NCBI GenBank assembly: GCA_016185605.1
Contig: JACPNG010000022.1
Location: 2,139 to 34,138, forward strand
DNA length: 32,000 bases
Direction of reading: 5' to 3'
From: Candidatus Woesearchaeota archaeon
GTDB lineage: Archaea; Nanobdellota; Nanobdellia; SCGC-AAA011-G17; JACPNG01
The translations under genes were made by a program, and so were the position numbers. Within the stretch, counting starts at the first letter, position 1. Every line of letters begins with the position of its first letter. Of the stretch, positions 24,352 to 32,000 are shown in pieces. Under the pieces are notes generated by a model. It saw nothing but the letters and a program-made list of their open reading frames with translations. It had not been told where the DNA came from and made no database searches.

Positions 24352-24427
24352 CGTCCCCGATGGGATTTGAACCCACGACCTTCTGCTTAGGAGGCAGACG
24401 CTCTAATCCAAGCTGAGCTACAGGGAC
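24352..24427 (-). tRNA. tRNA-Arg: tRNA-Arg (anticodon CCU), intron-less
   Basis: Minus strand: GTCCCTG-TA-GCTC-AGCTTGGATTA-GAGC-G-TCTGC-CTCCTAA-GCAGA-AGGTC-GTGGG-TTCAAAT-CCCAT-CGGGGAC-G. It is 76 nt and CCA is not encoded. Confidence 0.9.
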
Positions 24428-24520
24428 ATCATTTTTTAATCTCAAATCAACTTAAAAATTTATCTTGATAAAATTTATTAATAGATTAACATTATATTTT
24501 ATATAAAAAAGGTGTAAAAA

Positions 24521-26236
24521 GTGGCTGTATCTATATTTTTTGAATTAAGCTTGATAATTGTGTTAGCGGCAATAATTACAGGAATAATAAGATTGCTAAA
24601 ACAGCCATCTACAATAGGATACCTTATTACAGGATTATTAGTAAGCCCATATATCTTTAATGTTGTCAAATCCACAGATACAATATCTTTGTTTTCAGAG
24701 ATAGGGATTGCCTTATTATTATTCATAGTTGGATTGAATTTAACCCCTAAAGTAATAAAAGAGGTAGGTCCAATAGTTTTATTAGCTGGATTAGGGCAGA
24801 TATTTTTTACTTTTATTATAGGGTTTTTTATAGTAAAGTCATTTGGATTTTCTCTTCTGGCTTCTGGCTATATAGCAATGGCATTGACATTCAGCAGCAC
24901 AATAATAATAATGAAATTATTGTCTGACAAAAGGGATTTGGAAACTTTATATGGGAAAATCTCAATAGGGATATTATTATTGCAGGATTTAATTGCTGTT
25001 CTCCTTTTAGTTATAATAACCTCTTTTTCCAGTAATCCCGGAGCAGGCATTATAACAGTAAAAACAATAATAATTGGCATAGCCTCATTTATAGGATTAA
25101 TATTAATAAGCAAATATTTATTGCCTCATTTAGCTACATTCTTTGCAAGATCCCAGGAGTATTTATTCTTATTTTCAATTGCATGGGGTTTTGGATTGGC
25201 TGTCTTATTTGATTACTTAAACTTTTCATTGGAGATTGGAGCTTTAGTAGCTGGAGTAACATTATCCATGTCGCCTTATCATCATGAGATAAGCTCAAAG
25301 ATGAGGCCTTTGAGGGATTTCTTTATAATATTATTTTTTGTGTTATTGGGATCCCAGCTCGGGTTTGACAATATTAATAGTTTAATTATTCCTTCTATTA
25401 TATTATCATTATTTATATTCATAATAAAGCCGCTTACAATACTTTCTTTTATGGGGCTATATGGGCATAAGAAAAGAAATGGGTTCTTTACGGGATTGGC
25501 TCTGTCGCAAATAAGCGAGTTCTCATTTATTTTGGTTGCATTGGGGGTTAAGCTTGGACATATAGGCAGTGATGCAGTTTCTTTGATTACATTGACTGGA
25601 TTGATAACAATAGCATTATCAACCTATTTCATAATATATTCAGATAATATGTATTATTACATGTCTGGAATACTCTCTATATTTGAGAGAAAATCCTCAA
25701 AAAGCACAAAGCAGTCATCTAAGAAATATGACATAATCTTATTTGGATACAATAGGATAGGATATGATTTTGTCAAGACACTCCAGAAATTAAGAAATAA
25801 ATTCCTTGTTGTTGATTACAATCCAGATACAATATTAAAATTAAATAATAAAAAAGTGGATTGCAAGTATGGAGACGCAGATGACTCTGACTTTTTGGAT
25901 GAGTTAAATTTAGATAAGATAAAGATGGCTGTTTCTACTATTCCACACCTAGAGACAAATTCATTGTTGATAAACAAGATTAAAAAAATAAATAAAAAAG
26001 CAATAATAATTGTTGTATCCCATGACGTTGATGAGGCTTATGAGCTTTATAATATGGGAGCTACTTATGTGTTAATGCCACATTTCCTCGGAGGAAGATA
26101 TGTCTCAACATTAATAGACAAATACGGCTTTGATCTTGGAAAGTTCCTAAATGAAAAGAAAAAGCATATTAAACATCTAAAAGAGAGAAAAGAATTGGCT
26201 CATGAGCATCCGAAGACTGAAGCTGCTAGATACTAA
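24521..26236 (+). CDS. cation:proton antiporter (CPA2/Kef-type) with a C-terminal RCK/TrkA-N domain
   Basis: 571 aa with about 12 TM segments, followed by a Rossmann-like domain (DIILFGYNRIGYDFVKTL...VVDYN). It uses a GTG start with GGTG 6 nt upstream. Confidence 0.75.
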   Translation: MAVSIFFELSLIIVLAAIITGIIRLLKQPSTIGYLITGLLVSPYIFNVVKSTDTISLFSEIGIALLLFIVGLNLTPKVIKEVGPIVLLAGLGQIFFTFIIGFFIVKSFGFSLLASGYIAMALTFSSTIIIMKLLSDKRDLETLYGKISIGILLLQDLIAVLLLVIITSFSSNPGAGIITVKTIIIGIASFIGLILISKYLLPHLATFFARSQEYLFLFSIAWGFGLAVLFDYLNFSLEIGALVAGVTLSMSPYHHEISSKMRPLRDFFIILFFVLLGSQLGFDNINSLIIPSIILSLFIFIIKPLTILSFMGLYGHKKRNGFFTGLALSQISEFSFILVALGVKLGHIGSDAVSLITLTGLITIALSTYFIIYSDNMYYYMSGILSIFERKSSKSTKQSSKKYDIILFGYNRIGYDFVKTLQKLRNKFLVVDYNPDTILKLNNKKVDCKYGDADDSDFLDELNLDKIKMAVSTIPHLETNSLLINKIKKINKKAIIIVVSHDVDEAYELYNMGATYVLMPHFLGGRYVSTLIDKYGFDLGKFLNEKKKHIKHLKERKELAHEHPKTEAARY

Positions 26237-26275
26237 TAAGAAAATATTATAAGTTTTACCAATCACTATTAAATT

Positions 26276-26839
26276 ATGACTTATGATTATAATCTTCAGG
26301 TTATCAAAATAATTAAGAATCAGCCTTGGTTAATGGATTTATTAAAAGAAGTAAGAAAACTCAACTTGCTAGATTGGTACATAGCTGCTGGAGCAATAAG
26401 GAATACTATCTGGAATGTTTTACATGGATACTCAAGCAAGAGTAATATCAAAGATATTGATGTAGTATATTTTGATAAATTAGATATAACTAAAGAAAAA
26501 GAAAAAAGAACAGAATTACTTTTAAAATCAAGAAATTCAACAGTTGACTGGGAAGTTGTGAATCAAGCAAGGATGCGTTCTATACATCCAAGACTGAGAG
26601 TAGAATCTTCTTGTGAATCAATTGCTTATTGGAGTGAGGTTCCTACATGCATTGGGATTAGATTAGAAAAAAATGGAGCATTAACAATTTGCGCTCCACA
26701 TGGTTTAAAAGATTTAATGAATTTAGTCGTAAAACCTATTCCTAAGCCTTATCAAGATTTAAAGCTTTATAAAGAAAGAATTGAACAAAAACAATGGGAA
26801 AAGATTTGGCCGAATTTAAAAATAATTAAGATAAAATAA
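26276..26839 (+). CDS. nucleotidyltransferase family protein (PF06042/DUF925-type)
   Basis: The motifs are WYIAAGAIRNTIWNVLHG...DIDVVYFD...W.V.NQA.M.... Confidence 0.65.
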   Translation: MTYDYNLQVIKIIKNQPWLMDLLKEVRKLNLLDWYIAAGAIRNTIWNVLHGYSSKSNIKDIDVVYFDKLDITKEKEKRTELLLKSRNSTVDWEVVNQARMRSIHPRLRVESSCESIAYWSEVPTCIGIRLEKNGALTICAPHGLKDLMNLVVKPIPKPYQDLKLYKERIEQKQWEKIWPNLKIIKIK

Positions 26840-26842
26840 ACT

Positions 26843-28642
26843 TTATCCTTTTAATTCTATCTTTTTCTTTGAATTTAGAGCATTAGTCAAACTCTGCCCT
26901 AATTTACTCTTCTTATGAATTTTAATCTCTCCCCTTTTTGAAGACTTGGCTGAAATCAAAAATTGATCGTTAATATTAATATCAACCTCTTTATTCTCAT
27001 TATTTATATAAAAAACAATATATTTTCCAGTGTCTTTGACTTCAAATTCTAATATATCCTCTTTTGTTTTAATTTCTTCTAATTCTTTGATATCTATATG
27101 GATTCCAAGCTTATCCTCAATAGCCTCTATTGTTTTTCCTTGTTTGCCAATTATTCTTGCTATCTCATTTTCCGGAAGATGGATATTAACCCTGTCTTCT
27201 GAGGTAAATTCAACCTTGAAATTATCTGAATATTTCCTAAATTCATTCTCTATTTGTTTCTTGGCTAATTTCTTGACAGCAGAATCCTTTACCAGGCTAA
27301 TAGGAACCACAACAGTCTGCTCACCATAGCTATATATTTCATATTCTAATTTATTTGTTAAAAAATCTCTTACTTCCACTATAGGCCTTGCTAGATCAGC
27401 CTCCTGCATTCCTGTTGGAACTTTTACAATCATGGCTAATGTCAATACTTTTTTTACAGTTCCTTTTTCAATAAACATTATTGTGTCTAGAACAGAAGGT
27501 ATCATTCCAGTGTCTATTCTTGAGATAAATCTTTGGACAGCATCTATTGGAGATGCTGAATGCAATACTCCAAGGCAATTACTGCCAGCTAATCTCAAAT
27601 CAATATACAATTTAAAGTCTGGAGTGTCCCTAATCTCGTCAAATATTATATTGTCTGGCCTTGATAAAAATAAAATGTCATGGATTTCTTCCTGGCTGGT
27701 AAAGTTCTTGCTGTATTGTGTAATTTCATCGCTTAGGATTAAATCCCTTGGAGACTCTACTGTTTTTGTTATTTTTCCCTCTTTAGCGTATGATTCAGCT
27801 ATTGCTTGGGATATTGTACTTTTTCCAGAGCCTGTTTCTCCTGCTATTATTATTCCACGAGCTTTTGTTTTTATTCTTTCATAAATCTCTTTTGGAAGAT
27901 TATATTCCTCTAGATTTAATTGTTTTATTGGACGGACAGCTGTAATCTCCCAGCCGTCTGATACCGGAGGCTTAGTAATTACAATCCTTATATTTCTATA
28001 TTGTATTATTGTTGAACCTCTTCTTGAGATTTCAACAAAGGATTTTGGATCCATATTTGATTTTTCAACAGCTTCTTTCGCTAAATCTATTATTTCTTTT
28101 TGCGCTAGTTTTTTATCTCCTATATTAGCTAGAATCCAGTCTCCAGGCTTTCCTTTTTTTGCTTTTGGCAGGCAATCTTCTTTTAGATGAACGCTCATTG
28201 TTTCATTATCAAAGAACTTTTCCAAGCCTATTTTTTTGTAGTCTATTTTTAGCTCTATAAATCTAATCTCCAATCCAAGAGCTTTGGCAGCCTCTGATTG
28301 TACTTTATCAGCTGTAATTAATACAGCTCCTTCATTATAGGCAATCTCTCTTATCAATGAGTCTATTTCTCCAGAAGTCTTGGCATATTTTATTTGCAGT
28401 GGATTAGGTCTTTGTCCTGAAAATTCTAGTTCTATTTTATTTTCTCTCTTTAGTTTTTGCAGTTCTTGGATTTCCTCTAATCCCAGATAGCCAATCTCCT
28501 GACCTTTGTTTGCTTGATGCTCTAGTTCAGCTATTACAGCTTTTGGAACTATGATTTTTCCTTCTATCTCATGATTTTTTATTAATTTTGAGATAGCTTT
28601 CTCTATTATGACGCTTGTGTCTGTAACATATAAATTTTCCAT
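26843..28642 (-). CDS. PINc/VapC-family ATPase (PIN domain, PilT-like P-loop ATPase and KH domain)
   Basis: It has an N-terminal PIN domain (YVTDTSVII...ITADKVQ), a Walker A motif (IIIAGETGSGKST) and a C-terminal KH GxxG motif (IARIIGKQGKTIEAIE). Confidence 0.8.
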   Translation of the reverse strand: MENLYVTDTSVIIEKAISKLIKNHEIEGKIIVPKAVIAELEHQANKGQEIGYLGLEEIQELQKLKRENKIELEFSGQRPNPLQIKYAKTSGEIDSLIREIAYNEGAVLITADKVQSEAAKALGLEIRFIELKIDYKKIGLEKFFDNETMSVHLKEDCLPKAKKGKPGDWILANIGDKKLAQKEIIDLAKEAVEKSNMDPKSFVEISRRGSTIIQYRNIRIVITKPPVSDGWEITAVRPIKQLNLEEYNLPKEIYERIKTKARGIIIAGETGSGKSTISQAIAESYAKEGKITKTVESPRDLILSDEITQYSKNFTSQEEIHDILFLSRPDNIIFDEIRDTPDFKLYIDLRLAGSNCLGVLHSASPIDAVQRFISRIDTGMIPSVLDTIMFIEKGTVKKVLTLAMIVKVPTGMQEADLARPIVEVRDFLTNKLEYEIYSYGEQTVVVPISLVKDSAVKKLAKKQIENEFRKYSDNFKVEFTSEDRVNIHLPENEIARIIGKQGKTIEAIEDKLGIHIDIKELEEIKTKEDILEFEVKDTGKYIVFYINNENKEVDININDQFLISAKSSKRGEIKIHKKSKLGQSLTNALNSKKKIELKG

Positions 28643-28712
28643 TTTCGAAAGTTTTTTAAATTAACATTCTCCTATCTTATAGTACTGGATAACATTAGAA
28701 TAAGAGTTTTTG

Positions 28713-29564
28713 TTATCTGGTACAAAGAATCTGGGTTTTTAAAGCTTTCTGAGAACAATTGAAAACAACATTTTCTATAAACTTTTTTCCATTTCCATGA
28801 TCATAATTTCCCCTATATTCCCATATTCCTATTTTTTTAGGTTGAGCTTCTAAAGCCATTTTTTCTAGTTGTTTCGGGTGTAAATCACCGCAATGAATTG
28901 TACTAGCTATACCTAATCTTGAATCAAAACAATCAACATCAATATCAAAATGGTTTGATTCTTTATGTCTTCCAGATTCTATTTGAGCTATCTCCCCTAA
29001 ATAATCCATTGATTCTTCTCTATTTTTCCATCCATAATTAATTATAATTCTCGGTCTAAATTCTCTCTCTACTGTGTGCATATAACTTGCATGATTTAGT
29101 CCTGAAGATATAATATCTGGATATTCATGAATTGTGTAATCACCGTGAAAATCAAATCTAGCTACATTATCTGTTTCTTCATAAAGAAGTATGGCTCCGA
29201 AATGACTTGGACCTATACAAACTATTCTATCAAAATGTCTCTTTAAGCCTAGAACAAATTTTCTTTGTTTTTTCATTTTTTCTAGTCCAACCAATCTTTC
29301 ATTTTTATAATGTCTGTGTGTTTTAGATTCCTCATTATTTGGTCCAGAAAGATTTAATTCTCCGATATCCTCTATTAAAATATCATTTTTCTTAATCTCC
29401 CTAATCGTTTTTCTTATTTCATCTGTTGAATCTGGAGAATAGACTGAATATTTACATGAATAGTCTTCCATTAAGTCACAAGGTTCATCTATTCCGTAGA
29501 TATATCCGCTATATTCGCTTATCCAATGTGTTTCTATCGGCACTCCGATTAATGCTACTTTCAT
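28713..29564 (-). CDS. divergent arginase/agmatinase-fold (ureohydrolase superfamily) protein
   Basis: Three metal-ligand motifs appear in the family order: IGPSHF (cf. GGDHS), FDFHGD (cf. DAHxD) and HFDIDVDCFD (cf. SxDxDxxDP), followed by IWEYRGNYD. The start overlaps the trmI stop (TAATG), with GGAG upstream. Confidence 0.55.
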   Translation of the reverse strand: MKVALIGVPIETHWISEYSGYIYGIDEPCDLMEDYSCKYSVYSPDSTDEIRKTIREIKKNDILIEDIGELNLSGPNNEESKTHRHYKNERLVGLEKMKKQRKFVLGLKRHFDRIVCIGPSHFGAILLYEETDNVARFDFHGDYTIHEYPDIISSGLNHASYMHTVEREFRPRIIINYGWKNREESMDYLGEIAQIESGRHKESNHFDIDVDCFDSRLGIASTIHCGDLHPKQLEKMALEAQPKKIGIWEYRGNYDHGNGKKFIENVVFNCSQKALKTQILCTR

Positions 29565-30217
29565 TATAATCTCCTAACAAATGTCAAAAATGCAGTATGC
29601 TGTAATGATGATTTAGGCCTAGTTCTTTGTCCTTCTACAATCCATTCTCTTTCAATTAATTCTACTGTTTTAATTATTAGAAAATCATATTTTTTAACTT
29701 CATCCATAAACTCCATTACTTGAGGAATAGTAGGAAGATAAGATACTAAAAAGGCTCCCTGCTTTAATGAATCATAGCAATTTTTAACAGCCTTCCAGGG
29801 GGTTGGCAAATCTAAAACTATTAAATCCAAATCTTTCTCATCAATCTCATCATAAATATCTTTGTTTTTAATCTCTACATTATCAATATCTAGAAATTCC
29901 AAGTTTTTCTTAGCTAGATTTATATTATCTTTATTTATCTCATAGCTATAAACCTTTTTAACTATTTTAGCTAAAAAAGCAGTTAATTTTCCAGAGCCGG
30001 TTCCTGCTTCTAAAACAATAGAATCTTTATCTATTGAAGTATAATTTAGTATTATTGAGATATCCTTTTCCATCATGGCTTGGGGATCTCTTTTTATCTT
30101 TTCTATTTTGTTTGTGGAGTTTTTTATATCTTCTTCTTTTACTACTCCAGATTCTGTATGCAAATCTCCCTTATCCCAATAGTATTTCTTATCTTTCCTT
30201 ATTAATATTTTTTTCAT
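29564..30217 (-). CDS. trmI: tRNA (adenine-N1)-methyltransferase TrmI/Trm61 (GCD14 family)
   Basis: The SAM motif is VLEAGTGSGKLTAFLA. Other motifs are VYSYE, the family hallmark DLIVLDLPTPWKAV, and the C-terminal RP....HTAFLTFVRR. Confidence 0.85.
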   Translation of the reverse strand: MKKILIRKDKKYYWDKGDLHTESGVVKEEDIKNSTNKIEKIKRDPQAMMEKDISIILNYTSIDKDSIVLEAGTGSGKLTAFLAKIVKKVYSYEINKDNINLAKKNLEFLDIDNVEIKNKDIYDEIDEKDLDLIVLDLPTPWKAVKNCYDSLKQGAFLVSYLPTIPQVMEFMDEVKKYDFLIIKTVELIEREWIVEGQRTRPKSSLQHTAFLTFVRRL

Positions 30218-30695
30218 CTTCTATAAACCTATAACCATATCCAGCCTCTAACGCCTCAATTTCATCTGGCTTATCTTTAATTTTATACAAATTTATTAGC
30301 TCATTATATGCCTTCTTATTGTCTCTATCTAATTTCAATGCTTTTCTTAAATAATATTCAGCTTCCTTATAACGCTCAAAGTCCATTAATACCTCTCCAA
30401 TCTCCCCCCACAAGTATGAAGAACCCCTATCTAATTTTAAAACAATGTTATAATTTATTATTATAGCTTCTTTAATTTTTATCCTGATTTCTTCGTTTAA
30501 TTTTCTACCCTCGATTATCTCAGAATGTTTTAGATAATGTCTTCTTGTTAATATGTATTCATAATATGATTTTGCCCTTTTTATGCTCACATTACCATGA
30601 TCATTTGCTTCAACTTCTGGTATATTAAACAATAGATTAAATCCTAAGATTATGCTACTTCCAATGTTGATTAATTTTCTTTCCAAGTTTGACAT
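30189..30695 (-). CDS. TPR-repeat protein with an N-terminal hydrophobic segment
   Basis: The TPR-like motif is WGEIGEVLMDFERYKEAEYYLRKALKLDRDNKKAYNELINLY. I moved the start to the Met at 30695 (MSNLERK) because the track's N-terminal 13 aa overlap tRNA-Leu. Confidence 0.65.
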   Translation of the reverse strand: MSNLERKLINIGSSIILGFNLLFNIPEVEANDHGNVSIKRAKSYYEYILTRRHYLKHSEIIEGRKLNEEIRIKIKEAIIINYNIVLKLDRGSSYLWGEIGEVLMDFERYKEAEYYLRKALKLDRDNKKAYNELINLYKIKDKPDEIEALEAGYGYRFIEDEKNINKER

Positions 30696-30701
30696 TTTAA
30701 G

Positions 30702-30801
30702 TGTGGGAGACAGGACTCGAACCTGCGTAGGCACTAAGCCAGTAGCTTTCTTAACAAATTGTACTTGAGGCTACCCCATTTGACCGCTCTGGCACTCCCA
30801 C
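30702..30801 (-). tRNA. tRNA-Leu: tRNA-Leu (anticodon CAA) with a 16-nt intron at 37/38
   Basis: Minus strand: GTGGGAG-TG-CCA-GAGCGGTCAAA-TGG-G-GTAGC-CTCAAG[TACAATTTGTTAAGAA]A-GCTAC. The long variable arm is TGGCTTAGTGCCTAC. It ends GCAGG-TTCGAGT-CCTGT-CTCCCAC-A. The intron is at 30748-30763. Confidence 0.85.
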
Positions 30802-30839
30802 ATATTAATAATTCATAGTTTTCGGCTTTTAAATCTTAC

Positions 30840-31241
30840 TTAGAACAAAATGACAAGAAAGATTATAATGTTTATAATATTTACACTCCAGCAGTATTCG
30901 CAGTATTCTTTTAATCTGAATATCTGGACATAAGTCAAATATATAGAAAATAAAGCGGAGAATAAAGTGATGATCATTCTTCCCATATTAACAATGTTTA
31001 TTGTGGAGAAAGAAGGAAATTTTAACATTGCTATTGATATAATTATCAATAAAGAATAATATAACATTCCCAATACTTCATTATTAATCCCTAATGTTTT
31101 TGAATATTTGCTGTTAATAACCTTGTTGCAGTCCTGGCCTATAACACAAACCAATTTTTTATTGTTGATTTTTGCATGCCATATAATAAATGAGATAATA
31201 AATCCAAGAATAGCCAGAATAATTATTACATATTCATTCAT
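30840..31241 (-). CDS. vitamin K epoxide reductase (VKOR) family protein
   Basis: 133 aa with four TM segments. It has a loop Cys pair (CVIGQDCNKVINSKYS) and a CxxC at the start of the last TM (EYCEYCW). Confidence 0.7.
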   Translation of the reverse strand: MNEYVIIILAILGFIISFIIWHAKINNKKLVCVIGQDCNKVINSKYSKTLGINNEVLGMLYYSLLIIISIAMLKFPSFSTINIVNMGRMIITLFSALFSIYLTYVQIFRLKEYCEYCWSVNIINIIIFLVILF

Positions 31242-31318
31242 ATTTTATTATATAAATTTTTTATTTATAAATTTTCTCCAATTGAAAATTTTATAAGATT
31301 TGCTATAATATCTTATCT

Positions 31319-32000
31319 ATGAGTCTTTTAGGGTTGGAAGCTAAGGTTTTAGACAAAAATGAAATTGGATTTCTAAGCAAAGAGTTTAGGATATATAAAA
31401 GAATTTTAAGGGCTGTTAGAAAAAGGGAATTCTATGATTCTTATCCAGAATGCGGGGAGAGAAGACCATTTACAAAGGATGTTTATGAGGTAATGTCCAG
31501 AGACAGCAGTGGATTTTACATAACTTATTGCCATAAGGTTTTTCACGATGGTGTAAATCACAATCCTTATTATGAAGATGAGAAAAAACCAGAATTTGTA
31601 AATTATCCAATAGACCAAATATTTAGAGATGAAGAAACTGAAGAAAAATTCTTTGAAATTATAAGAAGAAACATAATAGAAAGGAATGATTTAAACGGAT
31701 TTGAAAGATATTGGAAGATGAGGAAAAATTTATATCTTAAATTATTAAGCTCGGAAAATAGTGTAAAAGAGATTAATAGATTAAGAAAAGAATCATTTAG
31801 CGATTACCTAGGTAGAATATTCTCAGTTTCAACAATATATGATTCAGTGGGATTTATAGGTATTGGCGGACTTATAGGATTTGGATTGGGAAATCTCAGA
31901 AGAGGGGCTGCTATAGGAATGTTTCTTCCTGTTTTTTACCGGCTTTTTGCTCAGAATCCATTATGGCTTATAAGGAAACACGCAAAAAATTATTATCATA
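31319..32000 (+). CDS. hypothetical protein, 3'-partial (runs off the window); not in the ORF track
   Basis: The frame is open from the ATG at 31319 to the window end (227 codons): MSLLGLEAKVLDKNEIGF...YPECGERRPF...YCHKVFHDG...GFIGIGGLIGFGLGNL.... It has a Gly-zipper-like TM near the end. Confidence 0.6.
   Translation, partial: MSLLGLEAKVLDKNEIGFLSKEFRIYKRILRAVRKREFYDSYPECGERRPFTKDVYEVMSRDSSGFYITYCHKVFHDGVNHNPYYEDEKKPEFVNYPIDQIFRDEETEEKFFEIIRRNIIERNDLNGFERYWKMRKNLYLKLLSSENSVKEINRLRKESFSDYLGRIFSVSTIYDSVGFIGIGGLIGFGLGNLRRGAAIGMFLPVFYRLFAQNPLWLIRKHAKNYYH

Noticed and set aside
27030-27884. Plus-strand ORFs 27030..27329 and 27432..27884.
   Set aside because: They are antisense to the PIN-ATPase-KH gene, whose Walker A and KH motifs fix the coding strand.
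30696-30734. N-terminal 13 codons (MPTQVRVLSPTLK) of track ORF 30189..30734.
   Set aside because: These codons are the reverse complement of the tRNA-Leu 3' half. The internal Met at 30695 begins a normal basic plus hydrophobic N-terminus.
31406-31618. 70-aa minus-strand ORF from the track.
   Set aside because: It lies inside a plus-strand frame that is open for over 680 nt to the window end, and its product looks like random hydrophobic sequence.
1-32000. Scan for CRISPR arrays, long direct or inverted repeats, rRNA, IS elements and toxin-antitoxin pairs.
   Set aside because: I could see no regularly spaced repeats, no transposase or integrase-like ORFs and no rRNA-like GC-rich stretches. 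The only GC-rich islands are the four tRNAs and the poly-Gly codon run.

Overview
The window is strongly AT-rich and very gene-dense, with many 1-29 nt gene overlaps and almost no spacer. By gene content it looks like a small-genome archaeon, possibly DPANN-like; this lineage call is an inference. The supporting content is an MJ0570/Dph6-type diphthine-ammonia ligase, secF-secD gene order, Trm112, TrmI, a PIN-ATPase-KH protein and intron-containing tRNAs. I can support about 40 CDS. Four of these are absent from the ORF track: a 51-aa Trm112 zinc ribbon, a 50-aa Cys-rich ORF, a 50-aa TM ORF, and a 3'-open ORF at the window end. There are 4 tRNAs: Ser-UGA, Gly-UCC, Arg-CCU and Leu-CAA. Three of them carry introns, five in total, including one in a T-loop and one at the D-arm/anticodon-stem junction. 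Functional blocks: (1) several large or Cys-rich secreted proteins with N-glycosylation sequons, C-terminal anchors or lipoboxes; (2) a retropepsin-like protein, a RimK-type ATP-grasp ligase and a small-ORF operon; (3) a cupin plus split RfaE/HldE (kinase and adenylyltransferase) plus GalE sugar-nucleotide block; (4) a PIG-L deacetylase plus GT-B glycosyltransferase pair lying between two tRNAs; (5) secF-secD; (6) a tRNA-Leu, TPR, TrmI and arginase-fold operon; (7) VKOR, a CPA2 antiporter, an AI-2E transporter, Apt and a PF06042-type nucleotidyltransferase. I see no rRNA, CRISPR array, transposase, integrase or long repeat. All family calls rest on motif recognition by eye and no searches were run.
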